Of a stretch of DNA of 64,000 bases, positions 43,816-52,553 are shown piece after piece. The stretch spans positions 5,083 through 69,082 of the forward strand of contig JADJPT010000014.1 in assembly GCA_016713125.1 (NCBI GenBank), written 5' to 3'. The position numbers and the translations under genes are program-made. How positions within the stretch are numbered: position 1 is the stretch's first letter; every line of letters begins with the position of its first letter. This stretch comes from Betaproteobacteria bacterium. Lineage in GTDB: Bacteria; Pseudomonadota; Gammaproteobacteria; Burkholderiales; SG8-39. The notes under the pieces are model-generated. The model had not been told where the DNA came from, searched no databases, and worked only from the letters and a program-made list of their open reading frames with translations.

Positions 43816-45226
43816 ATGTCCAAGTTGCTGATCAACGGCCAGTGGGTCGACGGCGTGTCCAGCCAGTCCCTGACCGACAAGTATCACGGTGCGGTGTATG
43901 GCGAGATGGCCGTAGCCTCCCCCGCACAGGTCGACCAGGCCGTCGCCGGGGCGCTGGCCGGTCAGCGTGACTCGACGCTGTCGCCCTACGAGCGCTTCCG
44001 GATCCTTGCCGAGTCGGCGCGGATCGTCGAAAGCCGCAGCGAGCTGTTCGTCGGCTTGATGCGGGACGAGGCGGGATTCACGCGCGCCGACGGCGAGAAC
44101 GAAGTGCGGCGCTGCGTCCAGACACTCGAACTCTCCCCCGAGGAGGCCAAGCGGCTGAACGGAGAGCTGGTGCCCATGCAGGCGGCCAGCGGGGTGAGGA
44201 ACCGCATGGGCTACACGCTGCGCGTGCCGCGCGGCGTGATCTGCGCGATCACGCCCTTCAATTCGCCATTGAACACCGTGGCCCACAAGGTCGCACCGGC
44301 CATCGCCGGGGGCAATTCGTTGGTGCTCAAGCCTTCCACATATACGCCGCTGTCGGCCGTGGAATTCTGCAAGGCCCTGCTGGACGCAGGTCTGCCCGCC
44401 GGCCTGCTGGCCCTGGTGCACGGATCGGGCACCACCATAGGACGCCAGTTGCTGGCCGACCAGCGCATCGCGTTCTACGCCTTCACCGGCAGCACCCAGG
44501 TTGGTCGCGAGATCCAGCAGGCTGCCGGCCTGCGCGGCATGCAACTGGAGTTGGGGAGCATCGCCAGCACCATCGTCTGCCACGACGCCGACGTCGAGAT
44601 GGCCATTCCCAAGATCGTCAACGCCGGCTTTCGCAAGGCCGGACAGGTGTGTACCTCGGTGCAGCGCCTGTTCGTGGATCGCAGCATCGCGGCAAGCTTC
44701 ATCCCCAGATTCGTCGCTGCGGCACGCGCAACCGGGCGGGCGATCCGGCAGACCGAAGACCATCGTCGGCCCCATGATCACCCGCCAGCATGCCGAGCGC
44801 GCCATGTCCTGGGTCGCCGAGGCCGTCGCCAAGGGCGCCGAAGTCCTGACCGGCAACAAGTGCGAGGGTTCTGTGATCGAACCGACCGTGTTGCGCGGCG
44901 TGAGCGCCGACATGAAGGTGGTCTGCCAGGAGATCTTCGCGCCGGTGGTCTCGATCATAGAGTTCGACCAGCTCGACGAGGCGGTGGCCTACGCCAATGC
45001 CCAGCCCTTCGGTCTGGCCGCCGGACTGTTCACTGCGGATCTCAAGACCGCCTTGCGCACTGCGCCGAAACTGAATTTCGGCGGCGTACACATCAACGAG
45101 GCTTCCAGCGCGCGCGTCGACATCATGCCCTTCGGCGGCGTCAAGGACAGCGGCTTTGGCCGTGAAGGCCCGTCCTACGCGGTCCACGAGATGACCGAAG
45201 AACGCCTGATCACCATCGCCTACTGA
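43816..45226 (+). pseudogene. NAD(P)-dependent aldehyde dehydrogenase, frame disrupted at about 44731-44758
   Basis: ORF 43816..45165(+) is ALDH-like up to ...FVAAARAT. The C-terminal part PKTIVGPMITRQHAERA...EIFAPVVSIIEF...PFGGVKDSGFGREG is in ORF 44501..45226(+). The intermediate third frame reads RAGDPAD. Two separate 1-nt deletions (aaccggg, gaccgaag) would restore ...ATRAGDPADPKTIVGPMI. Confidence 0.85.
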
Positions 45227-45254
45227 GACCGAAGCCGCCTGCGCTGCGCGCCGG

Positions 45255-45563
45255 CTAGCGGCGGCGCTCGAAGTTGCGCAGGTCCTCGCGCAGTCGCTGA
45301 CGCTCCTCGGGCGTCATGCGCTCGAAGCGCTCGCGACGCTCATCGCGTCGCTCATCGCGCAGCCGATCGGGGGCATCATTGCGTCGCAGGTCCTCGCGCA
45401 GACGCTGGCGGTCCTCCCAGGTCATGCGACCGCCGCCCGCGCCATCCGGACGGTGCAGGCCGGGACGGTGGCGCGGCTGCTCGGCGTACGTCCCCCCTGC
45501 ACCAGCCGCCAGCAGGACGGCCAGCAGCAGTCGGGTCAGGCTCCGCGGCGGGGTTTTGAACAT
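45255..45563 (-). CDS. small secreted protein with duplicated (T/P)xE(D/E)RQRLREDLR motif (DUF3106-like)
   Basis: Within ORF 45255..45701(-). The start is MFKTPPRSLTRLLLAVLLAAGAGGTYA (signal peptide). The mature part has two copies of the motif, MTWEDRQRLREDLRRN and MTPEERQRLREDLRNF. Confidence 0.5.
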   Translation of the reverse strand: MFKTPPRSLTRLLLAVLLAAGAGGTYAEQPRHRPGLHRPDGAGGGRMTWEDRQRLREDLRRNDAPDRLRDERRDERRERFERMTPEERQRLREDLRNFERRR

Positions 45564-45717
45564 GGCTGGAATGTTACGCGGCCCTGCGACCGGCGCGTTC
45601 GACGACCTGCCGCAGTTTGTAACAAAACTTGTCTGTCCCGCCCTGCGGTCACACCCCCTTGCATCTGCGCCGCGCGTCGGGGCGACAAACCCGGCCTGCA
45701 ACGCTTAACATGACGCC

Positions 45718-46443
45718 ATGGCTGACCTGAAAACAAGAATCCTGGTGGTGGACGACGACCTGCGCCTGCGCGACATGCTGGCCCGCTACCTCGGCGAGCA
45801 GGGTTTCGAGGTGCGCGCCGTGGCCGACGCAGCCGGCATGGACAAACAGCTCTCGCGCGAGCGCTACGACCTGATCGTGCTCGACCTGATGCTGCCCGGC
45901 GAGGACGGCCTGGCGATCTGCCGCAGGTTGCGCGCGGCCAACGCCGGCCCGGCCATCATCATGCTTACCGCCAAGGGAGACGATGTGGACCGCATCGTCG
46001 GCCTGGAGATGGGTGCCGACGACTACCTGCCCAAGCCCTTCAACCCGCGCGAGCTGGTGGCACGCATCAATGCCGTGCTGCGCAGGAAGGGGGAATCCGG
46101 CCCGCCCGGAGCGCCGACCAACGGTACCGAGATCCACCGCTTCGGCGCCTTCGAACTGAACCTGGGCACGCGCGCCCTGGCCCGCGACGGCAAGCCCGTG
46201 CAGCTGACCACCGGGGAGTTCTCGGTGCTCAAGGTGCTGGCCCAGCACCCGCGCACGCCGCTGTCGCGCGACAAGCTCATGGAACTGGCGCGCGGCCGGG
46301 AATACGAGGTATTCGACCGGTCCATCGATGTGCAGATTTCGCGCCTGCGAAAGCTGCTCGAGGACGACCCGGCGCACCCGCGCTTCATTCAGACTGTATG
46401 GGGCTTCGGCTACGTGTTCGTCCCGGACGGCAACCTGAAGTGA
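45718..46443 (+). CDS. ompR: osmolarity response regulator OmpR
   Basis: ORF 45718..46443(+), 241 aa. REC domain (ILVVDDD, DLMLPGEDG) plus a winged-helix domain (FIQTVWGFGYVFVPDG). Confidence 0.95.
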   Translation: MADLKTRILVVDDDLRLRDMLARYLGEQGFEVRAVADAAGMDKQLSRERYDLIVLDLMLPGEDGLAICRRLRAANAGPAIIMLTAKGDDVDRIVGLEMGADDYLPKPFNPRELVARINAVLRRKGESGPPGAPTNGTEIHRFGAFELNLGTRALARDGKPVQLTTGEFSVLKVLAQHPRTPLSRDKLMELARGREYEVFDRSIDVQISRLRKLLEDDPAHPRFIQTVWGFGYVFVPDGNLK

Positions 46444-46489
46444 GCGCCGCGGCGGCCGCACGGGCGCGGCGCGGCGCGACGGCCGCGGC

Positions 46490-47802
46490 GTGATTCCAAA
46501 CACCCTGCTGGCGCGCGCCTTCCTGCTGATCGGGCTGCTGATCCTGGTCTCGCTGGGCGCCTCGTTCGAGATCTACCGCAGCCACCAGCGCGAGCCGATT
46601 GCCAACGAGATCGCCAAGCAGACGGTCAGCATCGTCAACATTACGCGCTCGGCCATCGTCAATGCCGATCCGCGCCGGCGCCTCGAGCTGCTGATCGAAC
46701 TGAACGAGAGCGAAGGCATACGCGTGCTGCCGGCGTCCCCCGGCGACGTGCTGGTTCCGGTGCCGCGCGATCCCCTTTACGACCTGATCGGCATGCGCGT
46801 GCGCGCCGCACTGGGCTCCGACACGCGACTGGCCTTCGCACGCAATGGCCTGGAGGGCTACTGGGTCAGTTTTCCCATCGACGAGGACGAGTTCTGGGTG
46901 ATGCTGGGCCGCGAACGCCTGGAACCGGATATCGCGCTGCAATGGCTGGGCTGGGCGCTGCTGGCGCTGTTGCTCTCCCTGGCCGGCGCCTGGCTGATCG
47001 CCACACGCATCAGTCGGCCGCTGGCCGTGCTCACGCGCGCGGCACAGCAGGTCGGGCGCGGCGAACGTCCGGCACCGACGCCCGAGGACGGGCCGCGCGA
47101 GATCGCCACCCTGGCATCGGCCTTCAACCAGATGTCGGCCGATCTCGAACGCCTGGAGCGCGACCGCGCCACCGTGCTGGCCGGCATATCCCACGACCTG
47201 CGCACCCCGCTTGCGCGCCTGCGCCTGGGGCTGGAGATGCTGGACGGCGAAGCGGAAATGCGCGATGGCCTGGCCTCCGACATCGAAGAGATGGACAAGA
47301 TCATCGGCCAGTTCCTGGCCTTCGCCAAAGGCGAGTCCGAGACACGGTCAGGACACGCAACTCGACGCTGGCGGCGGAAATCGCGCAGCGCTACGCCCGG
47401 CTGGGCAAGGTCGTGACGCACGCCGCATCCGGCACGCAAGCCGGAACGCTGCCGCTGGCTGCAATGGCCGTGCGACGCGCCATTGCGAACCTGGTGGACA
47501 ACGCCCTGCGCTACGCGGGAGAACCGGTGGAAATCGAGACGCGCCGCGAACCCGATCGCGCCGTCCTGGAGGTGCGCGACCGCGGTCCGGGCATACCGCC
47601 TGACCAGGTGGAGCGCATGAAGCAGCCTTTCACCCGCCTGGAGGCCGCACGCAGCGATGCAGGCGGCTCGGGCCTGGGCCTGGCCATCGTCGAGCGCGTG
47701 GCGCGACTGCACGGCGGCAGCCTCGAATTGCTGCCGCGCGAAGGCGGGGGGCTTGTGGCGCGGCTGGCGTTCCCGCTGCGCACCGCGCCACGGGAGGCCT
47801 GA
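46490..47802 (+). pseudogene. envZ: sensor histidine kinase EnvZ-like, frameshifted at about 47340-47375
   Basis: ORF 46490..47416(+) carries the TM segments, HAMP domain and H-box GISHDLRTPLARL up to FAKGESE. The ATPase domain, LAAEIAQRYARLG...NLVDNALRYAG...DRGPGIP...GGSGLGLAIV, is in ORF 46942..47802(+). Confidence 0.85.
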
Positions 47803-47810
47803 CTCACGGC

Positions 47811-48221
47811 TCAATCAGGACGCACGATCTTCCAGTAGGTGTCCTTGCGCCAGATCAGGCCGTCCTTGAACTCGTAGAGGTCGCAGCCCTTGTAATCGAG
47901 CACGGTGCCGTCGGCGGCCTTGCCGGTCACGCGCCAGACGGTCACGCCGCGATTGTCGCCGGCCACGTATTCGTCCAGGCGCGCCCAATGCATGTCGGGG
48001 ATCACCTTGAAGCGATCGGTGAGCATCTTGCGCACCGCCTCCTTGCCGACCACGCTGCGGCCCGTGTGTTCGGGTCCCAGCGCCAGCCAGAAGATGCAGT
48101 CGTCGTGGAAGAACGAACAGATGCGCTCGACGTCGCGGCTGTTGAAGGCCGCACCGATCGAATCGAGGAACGCCTTGGTCAGCGGGCTCGGTGCGCGGGT
48201 GGGCGGCAATGCTTGGCTCAT
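47811..48221 (-). CDS. SnoaL-like / NTF2-superfamily protein
   Basis: Within ORF 47811..48398(-). The start MSQALPPTRAP at 48221 overlaps the upstream stop (ATGA). The assignment is by pattern only (FFHDDCIFW...TVWRVTGKAADG...CDLYEFKDGLI). Confidence 0.6.
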   Translation of the reverse strand: MSQALPPTRAPSPLTKAFLDSIGAAFNSRDVERICSFFHDDCIFWLALGPEHTGRSVVGKEAVRKMLTDRFKVIPDMHWARLDEYVAGDNRGVTVWRVTGKAADGTVLDYKGCDLYEFKDGLIWRKDTYWKIVRPD

Positions 48222-49485
48222 GCTTTCTCCGTAGGGTCCTGGTTGGTGCTGCAGAGGTAATCGTAGGCCGAGAGTGCGTGGGTCTTCACCACGTGCAGGA
48301 AGTCGTCCACGCTGACGTGCTCGTCGCTGCTGCCCATGCCGTGCGGCGGCGGTCCATAGACCACGGCGGCACGCCGCGCAGCCGCCACAGCCGCGCATCG
48401 GTGGCGCCGGGTGAAACCACGCGTGCCGGCACCAGTCCGGGACGCAGCATGCCGGCGTTGGCGCGCACGTGGTCCATCATCGGATGAAACGGCCCGCACC
48501 AGTTCGGCGGCGAGCCGATGATGACTTCGCACTGCGCACCGTGACGCGCGGCGATGGTCTCGATCTCGGCACGCACGGCCTCGAAATCGACGCCATTGGG
48601 TACGCGGATGTCGGCCTCGAACTCGCATTCGGCCGGGATCATGTTGACCTTCACCCCGCCCTGCATGCGGCCTATGCTGACCGTCAGCCTGCGGATCACC
48701 TCGGCAGCGCCGGGACCGTAGCCGCGGTCGATATCGGGCTTGGCCTCGTCCAGGGCGCGCGCAAGCTCTTCCGGCTCACGAGTGGGAAAGCGCTGTGGCA
48801 GCAGCAGCAACTCATCGACGATCTTCATGGCCTTGAGAACCGCGTTCTCGCTCATATGCACGAAAGCGCCGTGGCCACCTCGCGCGTGGGTGCGGAACTT
48901 CATCCACAACGGCCCCTTCTCACCGAAACGCACCGTCCAGGGGCTGCTCGGTTCACCGTTCAGGCAGCAGTCCCCCAGCACGCGCTCCGTGTAGCGCTCC
49001 ATCAGCCAGCGCGCGCCGTGCGGGCCGAAGGTCTCCTCGTCCGAGACCACGGTGAGCGTCAGTCTGCCGCGCAGCGCATCCCGGAACCGCAGCATGTACA
49101 GGTAGGTGAAAATGGAGGCCGTCGTACCGCACTTCATGTCGGCTGCGCCGCGTCCCCAGATCTTGCCGTCCTCCAGCGCCCCGCTCCAGGGGTCGCGCGT
49201 CCAGCCGGCCTCCGACTCCACGGCGAACACGTCGATGTGCCCGTTCAACACCAGGTGGGGACCCGGTCGACCGGTATCGAAGCTGGCGATGAAGTTCGGG
49301 CAGTCGGCGCGCGGCGCAATCTCCTCGAAGTCCACGCCGCGCTGCTTCAGATGGGCACGCACGAAGTCGGCCGCCGCAGTGGTGTCACCGGGCGGGTTGG
49401 GAGATTTGCTGCGCACGAACGCACGCAGGAAACCCACCAGCAGGTCACGGTCCGCTTCGATCTGGTGCAGCAGACGCTGTTTCAA
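48218..49485 (-). pseudogene. M20 family metallopeptidase (ArgE/DapE/ACY1 type), frameshifted near 48366
   Basis: ORF 48286..49485(-) is M20-like (NGHIDVF, GRGAADMKCG, SDEETFG) up to ...GATDARLWRLRGVP. The C-terminus AVVYGPPPHGMGSSDEHVSVDDFLHVVKTHALSAYDYL...* is in ORF 48218..48628(-). The junction gtgccgccgtgg would be in frame as gtg ccg gcc gtg g. Confidence 0.8.
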
Positions 49486-49687
49486 GGCAAGACTCCTGTT
49501 CGCTGCTCAAGTATGGTGCAGGCCGGCTTTCCGCAGTCTCACGAGTGCCGCGGGCTGGTGCTCATTGTGCAGCGGACCGGCGCCTGCCCGACGGGCCGGT
49601 TCGCTATTCCGGACAGCACTGCCGCGGGGCCGCTGCTAAACTGGATTCGCCATCCCCTCCTTCCGACAAGCAAACGAGGATACCGAC

Positions 49688-50086
49688 ATGCCGAGAACCA
49701 AACTCGATGTTCCCAATCTCGCCGAGGCCGATCCGGGACTCTGGTCCAATTGCATACGCGCCGGCGATCTTCTGTTCATCTCCGGCCAGGTGGCGCGCCC
49801 ATTCGAAGGCGGTCGCACCATCGTCGGCAACAACGAGTACGAGCAGACCAAGCAGATCTTTTCGCGCATTCAGCGCATCTGCGAGGCTGCGGGCGGCAGC
49901 CTGGAGGATCTCGTGAAGATGACCATCTTCGTGGTCAACATCAAGAACAACACCGAGGTCTGGCGTGCACGCCGCGAGTTCTTCACCGGCGACTTTCCGG
50001 CCTCCACGCTGGTCGAAGTGCGCTCGCTGGCCGGGGCCGAAACCCTGGTCGAGATCGAAACCGTGGCTTACCTGGGGAAGAAATGA
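49688..50086 (+). CDS. RidA/YjgF/endoribonuclease L-PSP family protein
   Basis: ORF 49688..50086(+), 132 aa. LLFISGQVA, DLVKMTIFV and LVEIETVAY are typical of the family. Confidence 0.9.
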   Translation: MPRTKLDVPNLAEADPGLWSNCIRAGDLLFISGQVARPFEGGRTIVGNNEYEQTKQIFSRIQRICEAAGGSLEDLVKMTIFVVNIKNNTEVWRARREFFTGDFPASTLVEVRSLAGAETLVEIETVAYLGKK

Positions 50087-50087
50087 C

Positions 50088-51083
50088 ATGAATGCCGTCC
50101 GCAAGCAACGCAAGCCCCGTCCCGCTGCCAGCCTGCTGGCGGCGAGCCTCCTGTGTGCCTTCGCCCTGCCGGCTGCGGCGCAGTTTCCCAGCAAGCCGAT
50201 CCGCATCATCGTGCCCTACACGGCCGGCGGCACCTCGGAGACCATGACCCGTCTGGTTGCCGACCAGATGAGCACCGCGCTCAAGCAGCCGGTGGTGATC
50301 GAAAATCGGCCGGGCGGCGGCACCACCATAGGGGCGGCGGTCGTCGCCCAGGCCCCGGCCGATGGACACACATTGTTTGTCAACGCCTCGAGCTTCCTGA
50401 TCAACGCGCATCTCATGTCCAAGCTGCCGTATGACGCGGCCAGGGACTTCATGCCGGTCACGCTGGCAGCCTCCAATCCGCATGTTCTGGTCGCCTTCTC
50501 CGGATTGGGCGTCACCAGCGTGAAGGATTTCATGGCCATGGCGCGCAGCAAGGGCAAAAGCATGTCCTACGGCTCGTTTGGCAACGGCAGTTCCGGCCAC
50601 CTGGCCTTCGAACTGCTGAAGAAGGCCTACAACTTCGACATGCAGCACATCCCCTACAAGGGGTCGCCGCAAGCACTGGCCGACGTGATGGGCGGCAACC
50701 TGCAGGCCATGTTGACCGACCTGCCGGCTGCGGTACCGCAGGTGAAGGCCGGCAAGCTTCTCGGCCTTGGCGTCGCGGCGGAAAAGCGCAGCCCGGCGTT
50801 GCCGGACATGCCGACCATCGAAGAGGCCGGCGGCACGAAGTTCATCTCGCGCTCCTGGTTCGGCTTCCTGGTGCGCTCGGGGACGCCGCCGGAGGTGCAC
50901 AAGGTTCTCAACCAGGAGATCGTGCGCGCGCTGCGGAAGCCGGAGGTCAAGGCCCGGCTCGCCGACCTGGGCATGGACACCTACGGCACCAGCGCCGAGG
51001 AATTCGACGCGTTCATGAAAAGCGAGTCGGCGCGCTTCGCCGACGCGATCAGTTCTCCGGCACCAAGATCGACTGAGGTATAG
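50088..51083 (+). CDS. Bug family tripartite tricarboxylate transporter substrate-binding protein (TctC-like)
   Basis: Within ORF 49965..51083(+). The start is MNAVRKQRKPRPAASLLAASLLCAFALPAAAQFPSKPIRIIVPYTAGGTSE, a typical Bug N-terminus. The last ~10 codons may be affected by a 1-nt deletion: gcgatcagttctcc versus gcg atc aag ttc tcc, which would give ...AIKFSGTKID*. Confidence 0.9.
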   Translation: MNAVRKQRKPRPAASLLAASLLCAFALPAAAQFPSKPIRIIVPYTAGGTSETMTRLVADQMSTALKQPVVIENRPGGGTTIGAAVVAQAPADGHTLFVNASSFLINAHLMSKLPYDAARDFMPVTLAASNPHVLVAFSGLGVTSVKDFMAMARSKGKSMSYGSFGNGSSGHLAFELLKKAYNFDMQHIPYKGSPQALADVMGGNLQAMLTDLPAAVPQVKAGKLLGLGVAAEKRSPALPDMPTIEEAGGTKFISRSWFGFLVRSGTPPEVHKVLNQEIVRALRKPEVKARLADLGMDTYGTSAEEFDAFMKSESARFADAISSPAPRSTEV

Positions 51084-51103
51084 TATTTTCATTATCTGAA
51101 CTG

Positions 51104-51140
51104 ACAGGAGAATGGCTCTGGAAGCCATTCTCCTGTTTTA
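51104..51140 (+). terminator. rho-independent terminator
   Basis: acaggagaatggc-tctggaa-gccattctcctgt forms a perfect 13-bp stem and is followed by tttta. It sits in a short AT-rich intergenic island between the Bug gene and the convergent hlyD. Confidence 0.75.
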
Positions 51141-51170
51141 AATCTTCAAGATTCAGCCTGCGGCAGGCAC

Positions 51171-52553
51171 TCAGCGCTCCCTGCCCGCTTCCTGCCAGGC
51201 GCGCTGCACCGGCGAGAGCACGTACTCCATCACCGTCCTCTGCCCGATGGCGATTTCCGCCACCACCTGCATGCCCGGCGCCGAACGCAGCCGCTCGCCA
51301 TCCGGATTCAGGGTCTGCGTACGCAGGTCGACCAGCGCGCGAAAGGACAGCGGCCCCATGGGTCGGTCGCGGCCGGTCAGGGCATCCGACCGGGTGTTGG
51401 CGCTGGGCGCCTCGGTGGCGTCGGCACTGAGCTGCGCCACCGTTCCTTCGAGCATGCCGTACTTGGTGAACGGGAAAGCGGCCAGCTTCAGTTTTACGGG
51501 CAGTCCGGCACGCACGAAGCCCACGTCCTGATTCGACACCCAGACTTCGGCACGCAGGGTCTCGTCGCGCGGCACAAGGGTCATCAGGATGGTGCCGGGT
51601 GAAACCACGGTGCCCGGCGTATGAGTGGCCAGATCCTTGATCACGCCGTCCTGCGGCGCGCGCAGCTCGAGCAGGCCATGGCGGTGCTCGCCCTTGGCCA
51701 GTTCCTGTCTGGCTTTCTCCAACTGCGCGGCGACCTCGACACGCTCTGTCTGCAGCAGCCGGCGGTAGTCCGCTGTGATCTGCCTGATTCTGCCCTGCGA
51801 CTGCGCCACGCTCGCACGCGCTGCCTCGATCACGGCCTCCTGGCTGGCGAGATCCTGCTCCTTCTCGATGCGCTCCCTCTGCTTGTCGGTGTACATGAGT
51901 TTGCCGGCGAAGCCACCCTGCACAAGCCGGCCGAATGCGGCTTCCTGTTCGCGGTAGTGCGGCAGCACGGCGCTCAGCTTGGCGCGGGCAACCTCTGCGG
52001 ACTTGAGTTCGTGACGCGCCTTGTCGTGCACGCTGTGCTCCTGAGCGAGCTGTGCAGCCAGCGCCTGCACGTTTGCCTGATACTGTGCATTCACGCGCGC
52101 ATACATCTCCGCCGGGTCTTCCTCTTCGCGAACGAGTGCGGCGTCCGTGAGCTGCGCATCGATGCGCCGCAGCGCCAGGCGGCGCGCATGGAACTCGCTT
52201 GCCAGCGCAATGCGATCGGCACCCGAGACAACGGCGTCCATGCGCGCCAGAACCTGATGGGCCTGTACGGCCTCGCCCTCGCGCACCAGAATCTCACGCA
52301 CCACGCCCTGCTCCGGCGGTTGCAGGATCTTCACGTAGCTGGCCGGCACCAGCTTGCCTTCGGCCACTGCCACGATATCCAGACGCGCCAGCGCAGCCCA
52401 GACGATCATCACGCCCAGCAATGCGCATAGCGTCAGCAGCACGGCGCCGGCCAACGGCGCGGGGGGCTGCTGCTGCAGGCGCAGCAACCCCGGTGCAAAC
52501 GCTGTCGCGTCCGCAGCCGGGTGCGCATGCCCTGAGGTTGCGGGCGGCTTCAC
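51171..52553 (-). CDS. HlyD family type I secretion periplasmic adaptor
   Basis: Within ORF 51171..52895(-). GTG start at VKPPATSGHAHP overlaps the upstream stop (GTGA). Sequence: FAPGLLRLQQQPPAPLAG, a TM segment, then LVPASYVKILQPPEQGVVREILVREGE...LELRAPQDGVIKDL...IGQRTVMEYVLSPV. Confidence 0.85.
   Translation of the reverse strand: MKPPATSGHAHPAADATAFAPGLLRLQQQPPAPLAGAVLLTLCALLGVMIVWAALARLDIVAVAEGKLVPASYVKILQPPEQGVVREILVREGEAVQAHQVLARMDAVVSGADRIALASEFHARRLALRRIDAQLTDAALVREEEDPAEMYARVNAQYQANVQALAAQLAQEHSVHDKARHELKSAEVARAKLSAVLPHYREQEAAFGRLVQGGFAGKLMYTDKQRERIEKEQDLASQEAVIEAARASVAQSQGRIRQITADYRRLLQTERVEVAAQLEKARQELAKGEHRHGLLELRAPQDGVIKDLATHTPGTVVSPGTILMTLVPRDETLRAEVWVSNQDVGFVRAGLPVKLKLAAFPFTKYGMLEGTVAQLSADATEAPSANTRSDALTGRDRPMGPLSFRALVDLRTQTLNPDGERLRSAPGMQVVAEIAIGQRTVMEYVLSPVQRAWQEAGRER

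Noticed and set aside
51084-51170. A short AT-rich island, considered as a possible insertion scar or mobile-element end.
   Set aside because: It is fully explained by a strong intrinsic terminator between convergent genes. There are no inverted or direct repeats, and no integrase or transposase is nearby.
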